NCBI GenBank assembly: GCA_964384105.1
Contig: CAYLJV010000001.1
Span: forward strand, 640,001 to 704,000
Direction of reading: 5' to 3'
DNA from: Candidatus Hadarchaeota archaeon
GTDB taxonomy: Archaea; Hadarchaeota; Hadarchaeia; Hadarchaeales; JAGGTB01
Length of the DNA: 64,000 nucleotides
Below, in pieces: positions 8,583-18,891 of the stretch. Below the pieces are notes generated by a model that did not search any database, was not told the DNA's origin, and saw only the letters and a list, made by a program, of their open reading frames with translations. Position numbers and translations under genes: made by a program. Numbering within the stretch: the first letter of the stretch is position 1; each line of letters opens with the position of its first letter.

Positions 8583-11249
8583 TTACCTGAGACGAAGTGT
8601 AGCGCGAACAGTGTCTTCATCTTCCTTCTCGATTTCGAAACCTAGCTTTCTACAAAGATTTATCATTGGTGTGTTGTTTTTCAGTATGGTTCCCCATATT
8701 TTTTCCAGCTTTTTGTCTTCGGCTACTCCGATAATAGAGTCAGTCAATTTTTCTCCTAATCCTTTTCCTTGCCATGGGTCGCCGATTAAGACGGCAAACT
8801 CTCCATCATTTTTTTCTGGATTTGTTATCAACCTACCAACTCCAATCATCTTTTTCTTACTTCCATCTCTAACTATCCCGACTATGGCCATTTCTCTTCT
8901 ATAGTCTATATTCGTGAATCTTACCATATCTTCGTGAGTGACGTCTTTCACCGGTCCAAAGAACCTATATCGCCAGGATTCTTTTGAAAGAGTATCAAAT
9001 AGTTCGAATTCCAATGGTTCATCTTCCGGTTTGATAGGTCTGAGAGTTATTGGAGTTCCATCATCTAGTTCCCACTCTTCAACATATTCCCGGGGATAAG
9101 GTTTTATCACAAGAAATTCTTCAGGGTCTGGTTCTTTTAGGGCCAAATCTTTGTCTATTTTTACTAATCCATCTAGAGCCATTAGTTGATCACCTACAAA
9201 AGAAACGGGATTTACATCTAATTCGATTATTTCTGGGAAATCGATAATAAGTTGAGAGAGGCTTATGAGCGATTTTTCGAGAGTTTTAGTCATTTTTGCC
9301 GAATTTTCATCTTCTTTAATTTGATCATAAATCTTAGTTTCATCCATTAATAAGCGAGCAAGAGTCTGATTTAGGGGAGGGAATCCAATCGCGGTATCTT
9401 CGAAGAACTCGACCTCTGTCCCGCCTCTTCCGAACATCAGAGTGGAACCAAATATTGGGTCTCTTTTTGAGCCTAGAATAAGTTCGTACTTTGAATCATT
9501 TATCATCTTTTGGACAGTTATACCTTCTATTTTTGCAGATGGATATTTCTTTTCCACTTGTTCCATAATCTTTTTGTATTTTTCACGAACTTCTTCTTTA
9601 GAATTAATATTGAGGGCTACACCTCCAACTTTAGCTTTGTGAGTTATTTCTGGAGATTGAACTTTCATTACTACTGGAAACCCGATTTTAGAGGCAAGTT
9701 TCTCAGCCTCATCTACATTTTCTGCAAGGTGTATTTCTGGACTAGGTATCCCGTAAGTTCTTAGCATCTTCTTTGATTCGGTCTCGGTTAGAACTTCTCG
9801 CCCCTCTCTCGCGATGCGTCTGACCATTGCTTTCAAGTTGTATTTAGGAGGTGATTCATCCACTGGTAGTTCTTCAGGTGTTTCTAACAATCTTTCAAGG
9901 TTTCGAGCGTATCGATTCAAATACATGTACGCTTTAACGGACTGTTCCGGAGCTGTTTGGACTGAAAATCCGTGCTCTCTTAATATTTTCTGCCCTTTTT
10001 GGATCTTTTCCCCTCCCATTAAGCACGTCAGAATTGGTTTTTTGATATCTTTCGTTTCTACGAGCGCTTTTGCTAATTCCTCGGGGGTTAGAGTTCCAAG
10101 AGGTGTATAAAGACAGATTATACCATTAACGTTCTCGTCTTTTGCGCATATTTTCACAGCATTTTTGTATTCCTCGTCATTTGCACCCCCTGTGACATCT
10201 ACTGGGTTGATGAGACTAGATGGAGCGGGAAGTGCTTCTTTTAATTCTTCAATTGTGGATTCCGAAAGCTCGGCCATTTCTCCCCCTTGATCAATGATGA
10301 AATCAGTAGTCATTGCGCCTGGTCCCCCTGCGTTGGTTACTAATGCGAGTTTAGGTCCTTTTGGTGGTCTTTGTTTTGCTAGAGTTTCTGAGCACGCAAA
10401 TAGATCCTCGATAGTATCGACACGAGTTATACCGGCCCTTCTGAATGCACCATCATAGACTTCATCAGACCCCGCCAAGGACCCGGTGTGTGAAGCAACA
10501 GCTTTTGCCCCTTCCTTATGTTTTCCTGATTTAACTGCCATTATTGGCTTTGTTCTGGCAAAGCTTCTGGCTGCACTCATGAATTTTTTGGAATTTTGAA
10601 TGGCCTCTATATACATCAGAATGCTTTCTGTTCTTGGGTCTCTACCGAAGTAGTCTATCAGATCGCCAAAATCCACGTCTAACATATTCCCGACTGAAAC
10701 GAAACTACTAAATCCGAATTTTGCGGAAATTGCCCAGTCAAGTGTGGAAGATGCCAGGGCTCCGCTTTGTGAGAGAAAAGTTACACCACCCTTTTCTGGC
10801 ATTTGGTCTGCGAATGATGCATTGAGATTTTCATGAGGGTTTATAATGCCTAAACAATTTGGACCCAGAACTCTCATTCCATATTCTCTTCTTATTTCAT
10901 CTATTCTGTTCTCTAATTTGGTACCTTCTTTCCCCGTTTCACTGAAACCTGCGGATATAATTATCAGAGCAGGGATTCCAGCCGCCCCACATTCCTCAAC
11001 GATACCCGGAACTGTTTTTGCGGGAGTTGCAATGACGCCTAGGTCTATGGATTCCGAAATTTCTTTTACACTCGGAGAAGTCTCGATATCTAATACCTTT
11101 TCCCGGTTTGGATTGATCGGAAAAATTTTTCCTTTTCCTCTGTCAGTTAGGTTTCTCATTAGGGTTAGTCCGACTGATCCCTTTTTTTCAGTTGCTCCTA
11201 GAACCGCGATGTTTTCTGGTGCAAAAATTTTTTCTATTCCATCTGACAT
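8583..11249 (-). CDS. NDP-forming acyl-CoA synthetase (alpha+beta) fused to C-terminal GNAT (Pat/YfiQ-like lysine acetyltransferase architecture)
   Basis: GPNCLG, SQSGAL, SVGN, ASHTGSLAG, TNAGGPG, NPVD, ATP-grasp HKAKVGGV, D.IFG; GNAT region LRPIKPED...IDYRREMA...WQGKGLG...N.PM. Confidence 0.9.
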   Translation of the reverse strand: MSDGIEKIFAPENIAVLGATEKKGSVGLTLMRNLTDRGKGKIFPINPNREKVLDIETSPSVKEISESIDLGVIATPAKTVPGIVEECGAAGIPALIIISAGFSETGKEGTKLENRIDEIRREYGMRVLGPNCLGIINPHENLNASFADQMPEKGGVTFLSQSGALASSTLDWAISAKFGFSSFVSVGNMLDVDFGDLIDYFGRDPRTESILMYIEAIQNSKKFMSAARSFARTKPIMAVKSGKHKEGAKAVASHTGSLAGSDEVYDGAFRRAGITRVDTIEDLFACSETLAKQRPPKGPKLALVTNAGGPGAMTTDFIIDQGGEMAELSESTIEELKEALPAPSSLINPVDVTGGANDEEYKNAVKICAKDENVNGIICLYTPLGTLTPEELAKALVETKDIKKPILTCLMGGEKIQKGQKILREHGFSVQTAPEQSVKAYMYLNRYARNLERLLETPEELPVDESPPKYNLKAMVRRIAREGREVLTETESKKMLRTYGIPSPEIHLAENVDEAEKLASKIGFPVVMKVQSPEITHKAKVGGVALNINSKEEVREKYKKIMEQVEKKYPSAKIEGITVQKMINDSKYELILGSKRDPIFGSTLMFGRGGTEVEFFEDTAIGFPPLNQTLARLLMDETKIYDQIKEDENSAKMTKTLEKSLISLSQLIIDFPEIIELDVNPVSFVGDQLMALDGLVKIDKDLALKEPDPEEFLVIKPYPREYVEEWELDDGTPITLRPIKPEDEPLEFELFDTLSKESWRYRFFGPVKDVTHEDMVRFTNIDYRREMAIVGIVRDGSKKKMIGVGRLITNPEKNDGEFAVLIGDPWQGKGLGEKLTDSIIGVAEDKKLEKIWGTILKNNTPMINLCRKLGFEIEKEDEDTVRATLRLR

Positions 11250-11415
11250 GGTCTCATTTCCATTTCAACCTTACTTCTTTTCTTCTACCTTATAACTTTA
11301 GATAATTCAGATACTCAGTTAAAACCTATGATTTGTATTGTTTAAGAAGTGAATATAGTTGATTGAAAGGATAGATGTTAACTAAGATTAAGCCTTATCA
11401 TTAACAGGTTGAATT

Positions 11416-13839
11416 ATGCGTGGACTATTACTAGATAGCGACTATCTTGAGTGGCGTGACCCGCCTTGCATGAGATTATTCGTGAAAACAGAAAAGGAGA
11501 ATTTTAAAGTTCTAGATCCTCATTTTAGGGACTATTTCTTTGTCCTGTCGACTGACCCAGATGATGTAAGAAAGACTATAGAAAAGATGGAAGTTGATAA
11601 AGATAGCGAAAAAATTAGTTCTTTGTCTGTAGACATTGTTGAAAAAAAGTTACTTGGAAAAAAGAAGAATGTCTTAAAGGTTTTTGTCAAGAAAACGTCT
11701 GATATCAGTGCACTCAGAGAGGAAATTTTGGATATACCGAGTGTTATTGAAACTTATGAACACGATATACCACCCGCTAGGAAATATTTGATTGACCATG
11801 AATTGACCCCTATGAGTGGTATAGAGATCAAAGGGGAGCTTAGAGAGGAGCGTGAAGAGAAGGAGCTTATCACAACAAAACCGCCTTCACCTGCTGGTGA
11901 TATCGAAGTGGATTTGCATATAGCTTGTTTTGATCTAGAGACCTATAATCCAGAAGGGGACCCGAGGCCCAAAAAGGATCCGATTATAGCTCTGAGCCTA
12001 GTTGATAATCGAGGTCTTAAAAAAGTTATTACGTGGAAGGATTTTGAGACCGATTTAGACTACGTTGAAGTAGTTGAGAATGAAGAGCAATTGATAAGAC
12101 GTTTTGTTAGACTTGTAGAAGAGAATGACTTCGACATAATTACAGGTTACAATACTGATCTCTTTGATTTTCCTTATTTAAGCGAAAGATCTGATCAATA
12201 TAGTATTGAATTGAATATTGGTAGAGGAGATTCTAATATAAGAACGCATAGGAGGAGATTCAACACGGTTACTGAGGTCCCGGGGCGTCCTCATATAGAT
12301 ATGTATGCGATGGTAGATTTTCTTTCCAAGATAGGAGCTATAAAACTGACTAGCTACACGCTTGAGAATGTCTACGAACATATGTTTGATAAACGTAAGT
12401 TAGATTTTGATCATACTAAAATCTCTGAGGCTTGGGATCACGGAGGTAATAATGCCGTGGATCTTCTGAGATATGCTTTGTCGGATGCTGAGGCTACGAT
12501 GGATGTATCCTTGGAAATTTTTCCCTTAGTAAGAGAACTCAGCAGGACTGTTAAGCAATCTCTATTTGACGTTAGCCGAATGACTTCCGGACAGCTTGTT
12601 GAATGGCTTCTTATTTCTAATGCTCACAAAGTTAGCGAACTGGTACCACCTAGGCCTGGAGGCAGGGAATATCAAAAAAGAAGAAAGAGTACTTATATAG
12701 GTGGATATGTTCTCGAGCCGGAAAAAGGATTATTTAGAAATTTAGTAGTTTTTGACTTTAGATCTCTATACCCCACTATTATAGTAACTCATAACATAGA
12801 CCCTGCGATGCTAAATTGTGATTGTTGCTCACTTGAAGAGAGAGTTAAAGCACCAGGGTTGGAGTATGAATTCTGTCAGTCTAAAAGAGGATTTATTCCT
12901 GAAACACTTGATAGCTTGATCGAAGATAGGGTAAAGTTAAAGGAGGAAATGAAAGACCTTTCAGAAGACACCAGAGAGTACGCTTCTCTCAATAGCCGAC
13001 AATGGGCTCTCAAGATAATAGCTAATTCATTCTATGGCATGCTAGGTTATGCCCGTGCAAGATGGTATTCCAAAGAATGTGCAGAGAGTGTTACTCGTTT
13101 TGGAAGACATTACATTAAGGAAACGATAAAATTAGCGAAAGATGAGGGGTTCGAAGTAGTTTATGGTGATACAGATAGTCTGTTTTGTAAGGTAGGAAGC
13201 AAGAGCAAGGATGAGGTTAGGGATTTTTTGAACAAAGTTAATGAAAACATGCCAGGAATAATGAAATTAGAGCTGGAAGATTTCTATAAAAGAGGGCTCT
13301 TTATTGCAAAGAAAAGGTATGCGATGATTAATGAAGCTGGCAAAATCGAAGTTAAAGGACTGGAGTTCGTTAGGAGAGATTGGGCGGCGTTAGCGAAGGA
13401 TACCCAAGAGGCTGTTTTGGAAGCGATTTTAAAGGATGGTTCTCCAGAAAAGGCTGCAGAAATTGTCCAGAATGTTACTGAGGATATAAAGAAAGGAAAA
13501 GTAGATTTGAACGATTTGATTGTTCACACACGGCTTAAGAAACCTATAGATCAATACAAAGCGAGAGGTCCTCATGTCGCTGCTGCTGAGAGACTTGAGT
13601 CCGAAGGTGAAGAGGTAGAAACAGGATCCACTATTACATACATAGTTGAAAAAGGGTCTGGTAGCATAAGCGATAGAGCCATACCCGTATCCCAGTTTGA
13701 AGGGCGGGAGTACGATCCCGATTACTATGTTCATAATCAGGTTTTACCGGCTGTCTTTAGAGTTATGGAAGTTCTAGGTTATACTGAGGAAGAGCTCTGT
13801 TATGAGAAAACTAAGCAAACAAAATTGGGAAGCTTTTAA
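11416..13839 (+). CDS. polB: family B DNA polymerase
   Basis: ExoI FDLET, ExoII GYNTDLFDFPY, ExoIII YALSDA, DFRSLYPTII, KIIANSFYG, YGDTDS, KKRY, C-terminal PIP-like KQTKLGSF. Confidence 0.97.
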   Translation: MRGLLLDSDYLEWRDPPCMRLFVKTEKENFKVLDPHFRDYFFVLSTDPDDVRKTIEKMEVDKDSEKISSLSVDIVEKKLLGKKKNVLKVFVKKTSDISALREEILDIPSVIETYEHDIPPARKYLIDHELTPMSGIEIKGELREEREEKELITTKPPSPAGDIEVDLHIACFDLETYNPEGDPRPKKDPIIALSLVDNRGLKKVITWKDFETDLDYVEVVENEEQLIRRFVRLVEENDFDIITGYNTDLFDFPYLSERSDQYSIELNIGRGDSNIRTHRRRFNTVTEVPGRPHIDMYAMVDFLSKIGAIKLTSYTLENVYEHMFDKRKLDFDHTKISEAWDHGGNNAVDLLRYALSDAEATMDVSLEIFPLVRELSRTVKQSLFDVSRMTSGQLVEWLLISNAHKVSELVPPRPGGREYQKRRKSTYIGGYVLEPEKGLFRNLVVFDFRSLYPTIIVTHNIDPAMLNCDCCSLEERVKAPGLEYEFCQSKRGFIPETLDSLIEDRVKLKEEMKDLSEDTREYASLNSRQWALKIIANSFYGMLGYARARWYSKECAESVTRFGRHYIKETIKLAKDEGFEVVYGDTDSLFCKVGSKSKDEVRDFLNKVNENMPGIMKLELEDFYKRGLFIAKKRYAMINEAGKIEVKGLEFVRRDWAALAKDTQEAVLEAILKDGSPEKAAEIVQNVTEDIKKGKVDLNDLIVHTRLKKPIDQYKARGPHVAAAERLESEGEEVETGSTITYIVEKGSGSISDRAIPVSQFEGREYDPDYYVHNQVLPAVFRVMEVLGYTEEELCYEKTKQTKLGSF

Positions 13840-13889
13840 AATAGGGATTATACTTTTATTCTAACTATAAATAGGGTTAACAGAGATCA

Positions 13890-14813
13890 ATGTCAGAAAA
13901 GTTAAGTGACGAAGAGATTGAAATCTATCGAAAGGTAGGTAGTCTAACAGCAGAAGTTAGGGAAGAAGCTAAGAGTATGGTTGAGCCAGGACAAAAGCTT
14001 CTAATTATAGCAGAAAAAGTCGAGGAAATGATTGATGATCGAGGTGCAGTACCTGCTTTTCCATGTAACATATCTTTGAATGAGAGAGCTGCTCACTATA
14101 CTCCTCCTGAGGAAGACGATAACGAGATTGGAGAAGGAGATTTTGTGAAGATCGATATAGGTGCGCATATTGATGGGTACATCGCAGATACAGCTGTTAC
14201 TGTTTGTGCGAGTGAGGATGAAGACAAAGGAGAAAACGAAGGGGAGATGATTCAGGTAGTTAATCAAATTTTAGAAGATGCAATTAAGCTTGTAAAACCT
14301 GGAATCGATGTTGGTGAAATAGGTGGTTTGGTAGAAAGAACCGCTGAGGAACATGGATATAAACCAATAAGTAATCTTACAGGCCATAAGCTCGAGAGGT
14401 GGTCCCTTCATGGTGGAGTCTCCATTCCAAACGTGGAAAAGGAAACGGGAGATAAGCTAGGAGAGGGGGATGTAATCGCTTTAGAGCCGTTTATTACAGA
14501 TGGGAAAGGAGAGGTGGAAGATTTACCCGAGGTCTATATCTTCAGGTATTTAGGCAATAAGGGAGTATCGGGTAGAATGGCTTTGAAGACTCTCAGGAAA
14601 ATACAAAGTAAATATGGTGGTCTGCCGTTCGCAGAAAGGTGGTTGGCTAAGGATCTCTCCAGAATAAGATTACAAATGACTTTGAGGGAGCTATTGACTA
14701 CAGAGTCCTTACACCCTTACTATGTTTTGAAAGAAGTGGAAGATGGTCAGATCGCACAAGCAGAACATACAATGATAGTGACTGAAGACGGCTGTGAAGT
14801 AACTACTAGATAA
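13890..14813 (+). CDS. map: methionine aminopeptidase type II
   Basis: AFPCNIS.NE.AAHYTP, KIDIGAHIDGYIADTA, NLTGH, ALEPF, AQAEHT. Confidence 0.97.
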   Translation: MSEKLSDEEIEIYRKVGSLTAEVREEAKSMVEPGQKLLIIAEKVEEMIDDRGAVPAFPCNISLNERAAHYTPPEEDDNEIGEGDFVKIDIGAHIDGYIADTAVTVCASEDEDKGENEGEMIQVVNQILEDAIKLVKPGIDVGEIGGLVERTAEEHGYKPISNLTGHKLERWSLHGGVSIPNVEKETGDKLGEGDVIALEPFITDGKGEVEDLPEVYIFRYLGNKGVSGRMALKTLRKIQSKYGGLPFAERWLAKDLSRIRLQMTLRELLTTESLHPYYVLKEVEDGQIAQAEHTMIVTEDGCEVTTR

Positions 14814-14824
14814 ATTTATGATAG

Positions 14825-15508
14825 CTATTTTTTCTCTAGCAATATCATGGCATGATCCTCTTCGTAAGGATCTAATAGTTTTGAATCAACTATTTTCATT
14901 TTTTCTTCCAGTTTTTTCATTTCGGTCTTAAATATTTCCCTAGGTTCCTTCGTAACATCGATACTTCGAGCTTTGAGAGCGACTAGGGCACTACCATCTC
15001 CTTTTAAAAAAGCATTGGTGTTTTTCAATATTATCTCAGTTTGGTGTGGATGAGCTACGTCTTGATAAATCATATCGACTTGTTCGATCATTGCTCTATA
15101 CTGATATGTTTTCTTAGCGTCAGCTAGTATGGGTGCCATGTTTGGTCGGTTCTCGCAGGTAACGAGTAAATCTCTAAGTGGACGCGTTGATATCTCGACA
15201 CAGTAAACCATTCCATTTTTTCCCACTATATCTGATATGTGGCTTGCTGTTGTACCGCTTGCTGCTCCAAGGTAAAGGACTTTTGTTCCTGATTTGATTG
15301 GAACGCTTTTTAACCCTCGTAGGATGGCAGATGCTAGTTTGCTTCGATACGGGTTCCAGATTCTATATTGTTCATTATCGAAGTCGACTAGTCTTTCATC
15401 ATATACTTTATTATTTGGTGATAGATTCTTAGTTGCTAGTTTTGGTTTTCCTTCTTCTATTTTAGCCCAATAGACCTCATCAAACTTGTCGTGTTTTTTT
15501 ATTTCCAT
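14825..15508 (-). CDS. flpA: fibrillarin-like rRNA/tRNA 2'-O-methyltransferase
   Basis: YRIWNPYRSKLASA, VLYLGAASGTTASHISD, DVAHP.Q, KARSID; ATG at 15508 preferred to the upstream GTG. Confidence 0.96.
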   Translation of the reverse strand: MEIKKHDKFDEVYWAKIEEGKPKLATKNLSPNNKVYDERLVDFDNEQYRIWNPYRSKLASAILRGLKSVPIKSGTKVLYLGAASGTTASHISDIVGKNGMVYCVEISTRPLRDLLVTCENRPNMAPILADAKKTYQYRAMIEQVDMIYQDVAHPHQTEIILKNTNAFLKGDGSALVALKARSIDVTKEPREIFKTEMKKLEEKMKIVDSKLLDPYEEDHAMILLEKK

Positions 15509-15515
15509 ATTCGAA

Positions 15516-16655
15516 CTACCTTCCACTCTTAATTCTCTCTATTTTTTCTTCCAGCTCTTCCCTAATCTGGTCCCCTATATATCGCCCGGACATGGCATCT
15601 ACTCTCGCGACTATTGCAAGTTTGCCAGCCAATGCTCTGGCTATTTTTCCTCGTATGTCTTTAGGAGATCCTCGTATTTCCGGATATTGAAAAATTATAC
15701 CGTGTTTTGGAGGTTTGGCTCCTTTTTCTTTTAGTGATCTAAAGAGTGCCTTTTCAGCGCCCAATACTTGAATCGTACTTGAGGGCATTTTGGCTAGTTT
15801 CTCCAGTCCGCCCGCTTGTGATATTAATCTTGCACCGATTGGGCCGCCCACAAGGGTCTTTATATTTGGAGCTACTTGCTCCATAAGGTCTTCGAGGTAA
15901 TCGGATGTTTTGTCTCTAGCTTCTTGGAGTCTCTGAACTTTGTTGACGCAAGTTTTGATAGCTTCTATGTCTATTTCATCAAAGTCCGATCCAACCGAAT
16001 TATTTGAGGCATTTTCTATTTCCACAGCTTTCTCTTCACTTATACCTGTAGCTGTAATTTTTTCTTTCGCGAAATTCTCTCTACCTCCAAATTTAGAGAT
16101 TAAGACGAAGTATTCAGTATAGTCTGATACATGCCTTTCGAGTTCGGGAAAGTGGATACCGTACCACTCCCTGATTCTTTCATATAATGCGTTGATGGTT
16201 TTGTCAAGTTCATCCATTGTGTTTATAGTTTCGATTACTATTTTGTCCTTTTCTGAGGCTTTTTCTCTAAGATCTTTTCGGATAATTAGAATATTTACAT
16301 CTCTGAAAATTTCATTTAGATTTTCGATACCTTGTTCTTTTGCTATCTCATGTATACTGCTTCTTAATTTCAGATTTGCAGGGCTTGGAATTTTGGAACG
16401 GAAAGTTGTATTTTCGAATTCTTCATTTAGTTTTGAGGCGAGTTCGTCGGACTCGATTTCAAATTCTGTATGCCCATTTTTAATTAGTTTCTTGATTAGT
16501 TCTAGATGCTCATGTGCTAATTTACCCTTTCTAATAAGCCTTAATTTTTCGGAAATCTCTCTTACATCGGGTTTGAACATCTCTGAGTCTAATATTTCTA
16601 GGTCTTCGCTTAATGCGAATATTCCGAGTATACATTCTCCAATTTGAATAGTCAT
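15516..16655 (-). CDS. nop5: C/D box RNP protein Nop5 (Nop56/58)
   Basis: REWYGIHFPEL, APN...LVG..IGARLI, PSSTIQVLGAEKALF, PKHGIIF; adjacent to fibrillarin. Confidence 0.96.
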   Translation of the reverse strand: MTIQIGECILGIFALSEDLEILDSEMFKPDVREISEKLRLIRKGKLAHEHLELIKKLIKNGHTEFEIESDELASKLNEEFENTTFRSKIPSPANLKLRSSIHEIAKEQGIENLNEIFRDVNILIIRKDLREKASEKDKIVIETINTMDELDKTINALYERIREWYGIHFPELERHVSDYTEYFVLISKFGGRENFAKEKITATGISEEKAVEIENASNNSVGSDFDEIDIEAIKTCVNKVQRLQEARDKTSDYLEDLMEQVAPNIKTLVGGPIGARLISQAGGLEKLAKMPSSTIQVLGAEKALFRSLKEKGAKPPKHGIIFQYPEIRGSPKDIRGKIARALAGKLAIVARVDAMSGRYIGDQIREELEEKIERIKSGR

Positions 16656-16881
16656 AAACTCCTCATTTCTTATTTTATTGGAAACTTTAATCTCTTGTGT
16701 TAAAAACTGTAGAAAAGACAGAGATCACACTTTTTAGACTTAGAGTGACAACAGTACTAAAATCAATCAACTGCTGAAGTGAATTTTCTGCATTAGGACT
16801 TAGTTAATAGTGTCTTTATTATTGATAGTTCCATCTGGATAACATTTGTTGGTTATGTTTTTCGATTAGTCGAATTCACGA

Positions 16882-17907
16882 CTATAATTTTTCAGATCGG
16901 AGGTCAATTGTATCGAACGTATCGGGGCCTGTTGATACTAAAGTAACTGGTATTTCCAATTTTTCTTCAACGTCTTCTATGAATTCTTTGGCTTCCTTTG
17001 TCAATTTTCCATATTCTTTAACGCTATCATTTCCGTCAAATAGTCTATCTACATTGGTTATTGCTATTTGAGTTGCTCCGTTTATCATGGCCGAACGTTT
17101 TGCTAACTCAAAATCAAACTCTCCGATTCTTCTTCTTCTACCAGTAACTGTGCCATGTTCTATAATTCCAAGTTCCTCTGCCCTTTCTTGGGATATTTCG
17201 GTTGGGAAAGGCCCTTCTCCAACTCTACTAATATAGGCTTTGAATATTACTATCACTTCATCTACGTTTGTTGGACCAACACCTAGGTCTGCTGCTAGTG
17301 AACTTGCAGTAACATCCTTACTTGTTACATAGGGGTATGTACCGAAATAAAGTGAGAGACCGAATCCTTGAGAACCTTCTATTATCACTTTTTCTTCATT
17401 TTTCAGAGCTTCATTTATTTCTCCTGGAACGTCTGTGAGATATTTTTTCAGTTCATCGATTTCTTCAGCTAGCTTAATTGATCTATTTGCTCTTTCTGAG
17501 TTCGCAGGTCCGCATCCTGTTCCGGTTGTTCCAATTTTCTCTTCGAGATGTTCCGAACTCTTGTCTTGTTCAATATGTTTCTGCTCTATTATCGGGCATT
17601 TGTAGTCGATTCCTACTCTATCTTCAATGCCTGTTTCTTCTATCTCTTTTAAAGCGACTTCGGGATTTACGAGCACTCCTGGCCCTATCAGTGTCCGAGC
17701 TTTTTCTTGAACGAAACCACAGGAAATTTCTCTAAGCCCATATTCTCTTCCATTATACTTCACGGTATGCCCTGCGTTTGGGCCAACTCCTGCCCGTCCT
17801 ATTTTTGTTGGTTCGTCTTTCAGGGCGAGATAAGAAGAGATTTTGCCTTTGCCTTCGTCGCCCCATTGACCTCCAGAAATTATTGTACAAGGCATATTTA
17901 TCCCCAC
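16882..17907 (-). CDS. purA: adenylosuccinate synthetase (short archaeal form)
   Basis: [50 protein letters not shown]. Confidence 0.97.
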   Translation of the reverse strand: MGINMPCTIISGGQWGDEGKGKISSYLALKDEPTKIGRAGVGPNAGHTVKYNGREYGLREISCGFVQEKARTLIGPGVLVNPEVALKEIEETGIEDRVGIDYKCPIIEQKHIEQDKSSEHLEEKIGTTGTGCGPANSERANRSIKLAEEIDELKKYLTDVPGEINEALKNEEKVIIEGSQGFGLSLYFGTYPYVTSKDVTASSLAADLGVGPTNVDEVIVIFKAYISRVGEGPFPTEISQERAEELGIIEHGTVTGRRRRIGEFDFELAKRSAMINGATQIAITNVDRLFDGNDSVKEYGKLTKEAKEFIEDVEEKLEIPVTLVSTGPDTFDTIDLRSEKL

Positions 17908-18084
17908 AATTCGTATGAGGTTAAGGTTTTAACTGTTTCCATTTTTTCTTTTTCTTGTTACAACTTTTTCCCATATTATGCTGTTGCGAATTTTAATCTT
18001 TGGAATTTTTAAAGGTGTAAAATTGGGTAATGCATTATTTCTCGTCTTTTTTTGCAAGATTTGAAGTGAAAACACCCTTAAGAT

Positions 18085-18099
18085 GAAAAGGTTTAAAAA
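18085..18099 (+). promoter_or_regulatory. BRE/TATA promoter of histone gene
   Basis: GAAAAGG-TTTAAAAA upstream of SD GGAGGCGA (18150-18157); the similar AAAGG-TTTAAAT precedes the Lrp gene at 24163-24174. Confidence 0.65.
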
Positions 18100-18161
18100 C
18101 TTTTTTCTAATACTATATCTTGGCTAACTTAGTCCTTGAAAAATGGAAAGGAGGCGAATAA

Positions 18162-18365
18162 ATGTCTGAATTACCTATTGCGGCTGTGGATCGTATCATA
18201 AGAAAAGCAGGAGCTAAAAGAGTAAGTGAGAGTGCAGCTAGAGAACTAGCAGGAATACTTGAGGAGTACGCTATAGATATAGCAAGTGAAGCAGCAGAAC
18301 TTTCAGAACATGCTGGTCGTAAGACTGTCAGAGATTCTGATATTAGATTAGCTGCTAAAAGATAA
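18162..18365 (+). CDS. archaeal histone (canonical HMf-like)
   Basis: ELPIAAVDRIIRKAGAKRVS...HAGRKTV..DI.LA with all canonical DNA-binding and tetramerisation residues. Confidence 0.97.
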   Translation: MSELPIAAVDRIIRKAGAKRVSESAARELAGILEEYAIDIASEAAELSEHAGRKTVRDSDIRLAAKR

Positions 18366-18379
18366 AACTAGTTCTATAG

Positions 18380-18412
18380 TTTTTGATTTTTTTATTTTTT
18401 TTCATTTTTTTT
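18380..18412 (+). terminator. oligo-T intrinsic terminator after histone gene
   Basis: Consecutive T-runs (TTTTTGATTTTTTTATTTTTTTTCATTTTTTTT) starting 15 nt after the stop. Confidence 0.7.
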
Positions 18413-18445
18413 ACTACATCTAATTGACTAATTTTATTACTTTCA

Positions 18446-18790
18446 TTGACAAAGATTAAATTCGTGTTATCGATGAAAAACAATAGGTTTTCATCTATGG
18501 AGATGCCTAGGCTTTTCGATGTTTTTGATTATCCAAAAACTAAATCAGTTAGGGCGGTGACTTCTCTTCGCCAAAAAATTGATGTTGAAGAGGTTTGGAA
18601 TAGACTAGAAAAGGCAAAAAAAATAAGAACATCCAAAAAAGAAGTAGCGAAGTTCGAGGTCGGAAAAGGTCATTATTTGCTACTTTTTCCATCAGGATAC
18701 ATCCAGATTTATGCACCAAGCGAGGAACAGATACGCGAGGTTTTGAAGGTTTTTAGGGATGCTCTTTATGAAAAGGGCCTTTTTGATTGA
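18446..18790 (+). CDS. single-repeat TBP-fold protein (probable start ATG 18497 or 18503)
   Basis: SVRAVTSL.QKIDVEEV...L...LLLFPSG.I.I.APSEEQI...L....DAL...G aligns by eye to one TBP repeat (NIVAS.DL...LDLE.V...LLIFSSGK....GAKS..DI..A). Confidence 0.6.
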   Translation: MTKIKFVLSMKNNRFSSMEMPRLFDVFDYPKTKSVRAVTSLRQKIDVEEVWNRLEKAKKIRTSKKEVAKFEVGKGHYLLLFPSGYIQIYAPSEEQIREVLKVFRDALYEKGLFD

Positions 18791-18891
18791 TCTTTTATCC
18801 GTTTTACTGTGGAGTATGCTTTGGAAGATTGGGGCTCCTGTAAATTTGTGACCTCTAATTTTTCATGAGTCAAAGAGAAATTTTGTAATTG

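Noticed and set aside
11416-13839. Inteins in PolB, and likewise in RFC, RadA, Lhr and TopA
   Set aside because: All proteins are of normal length with uninterrupted motifs and no intein splice signatures.
16656-16881. C/D box guide RNA next to nop5-fibrillarin
   Set aside because: No RUGAUGA...CUGA pair at suitable spacing on either strand.
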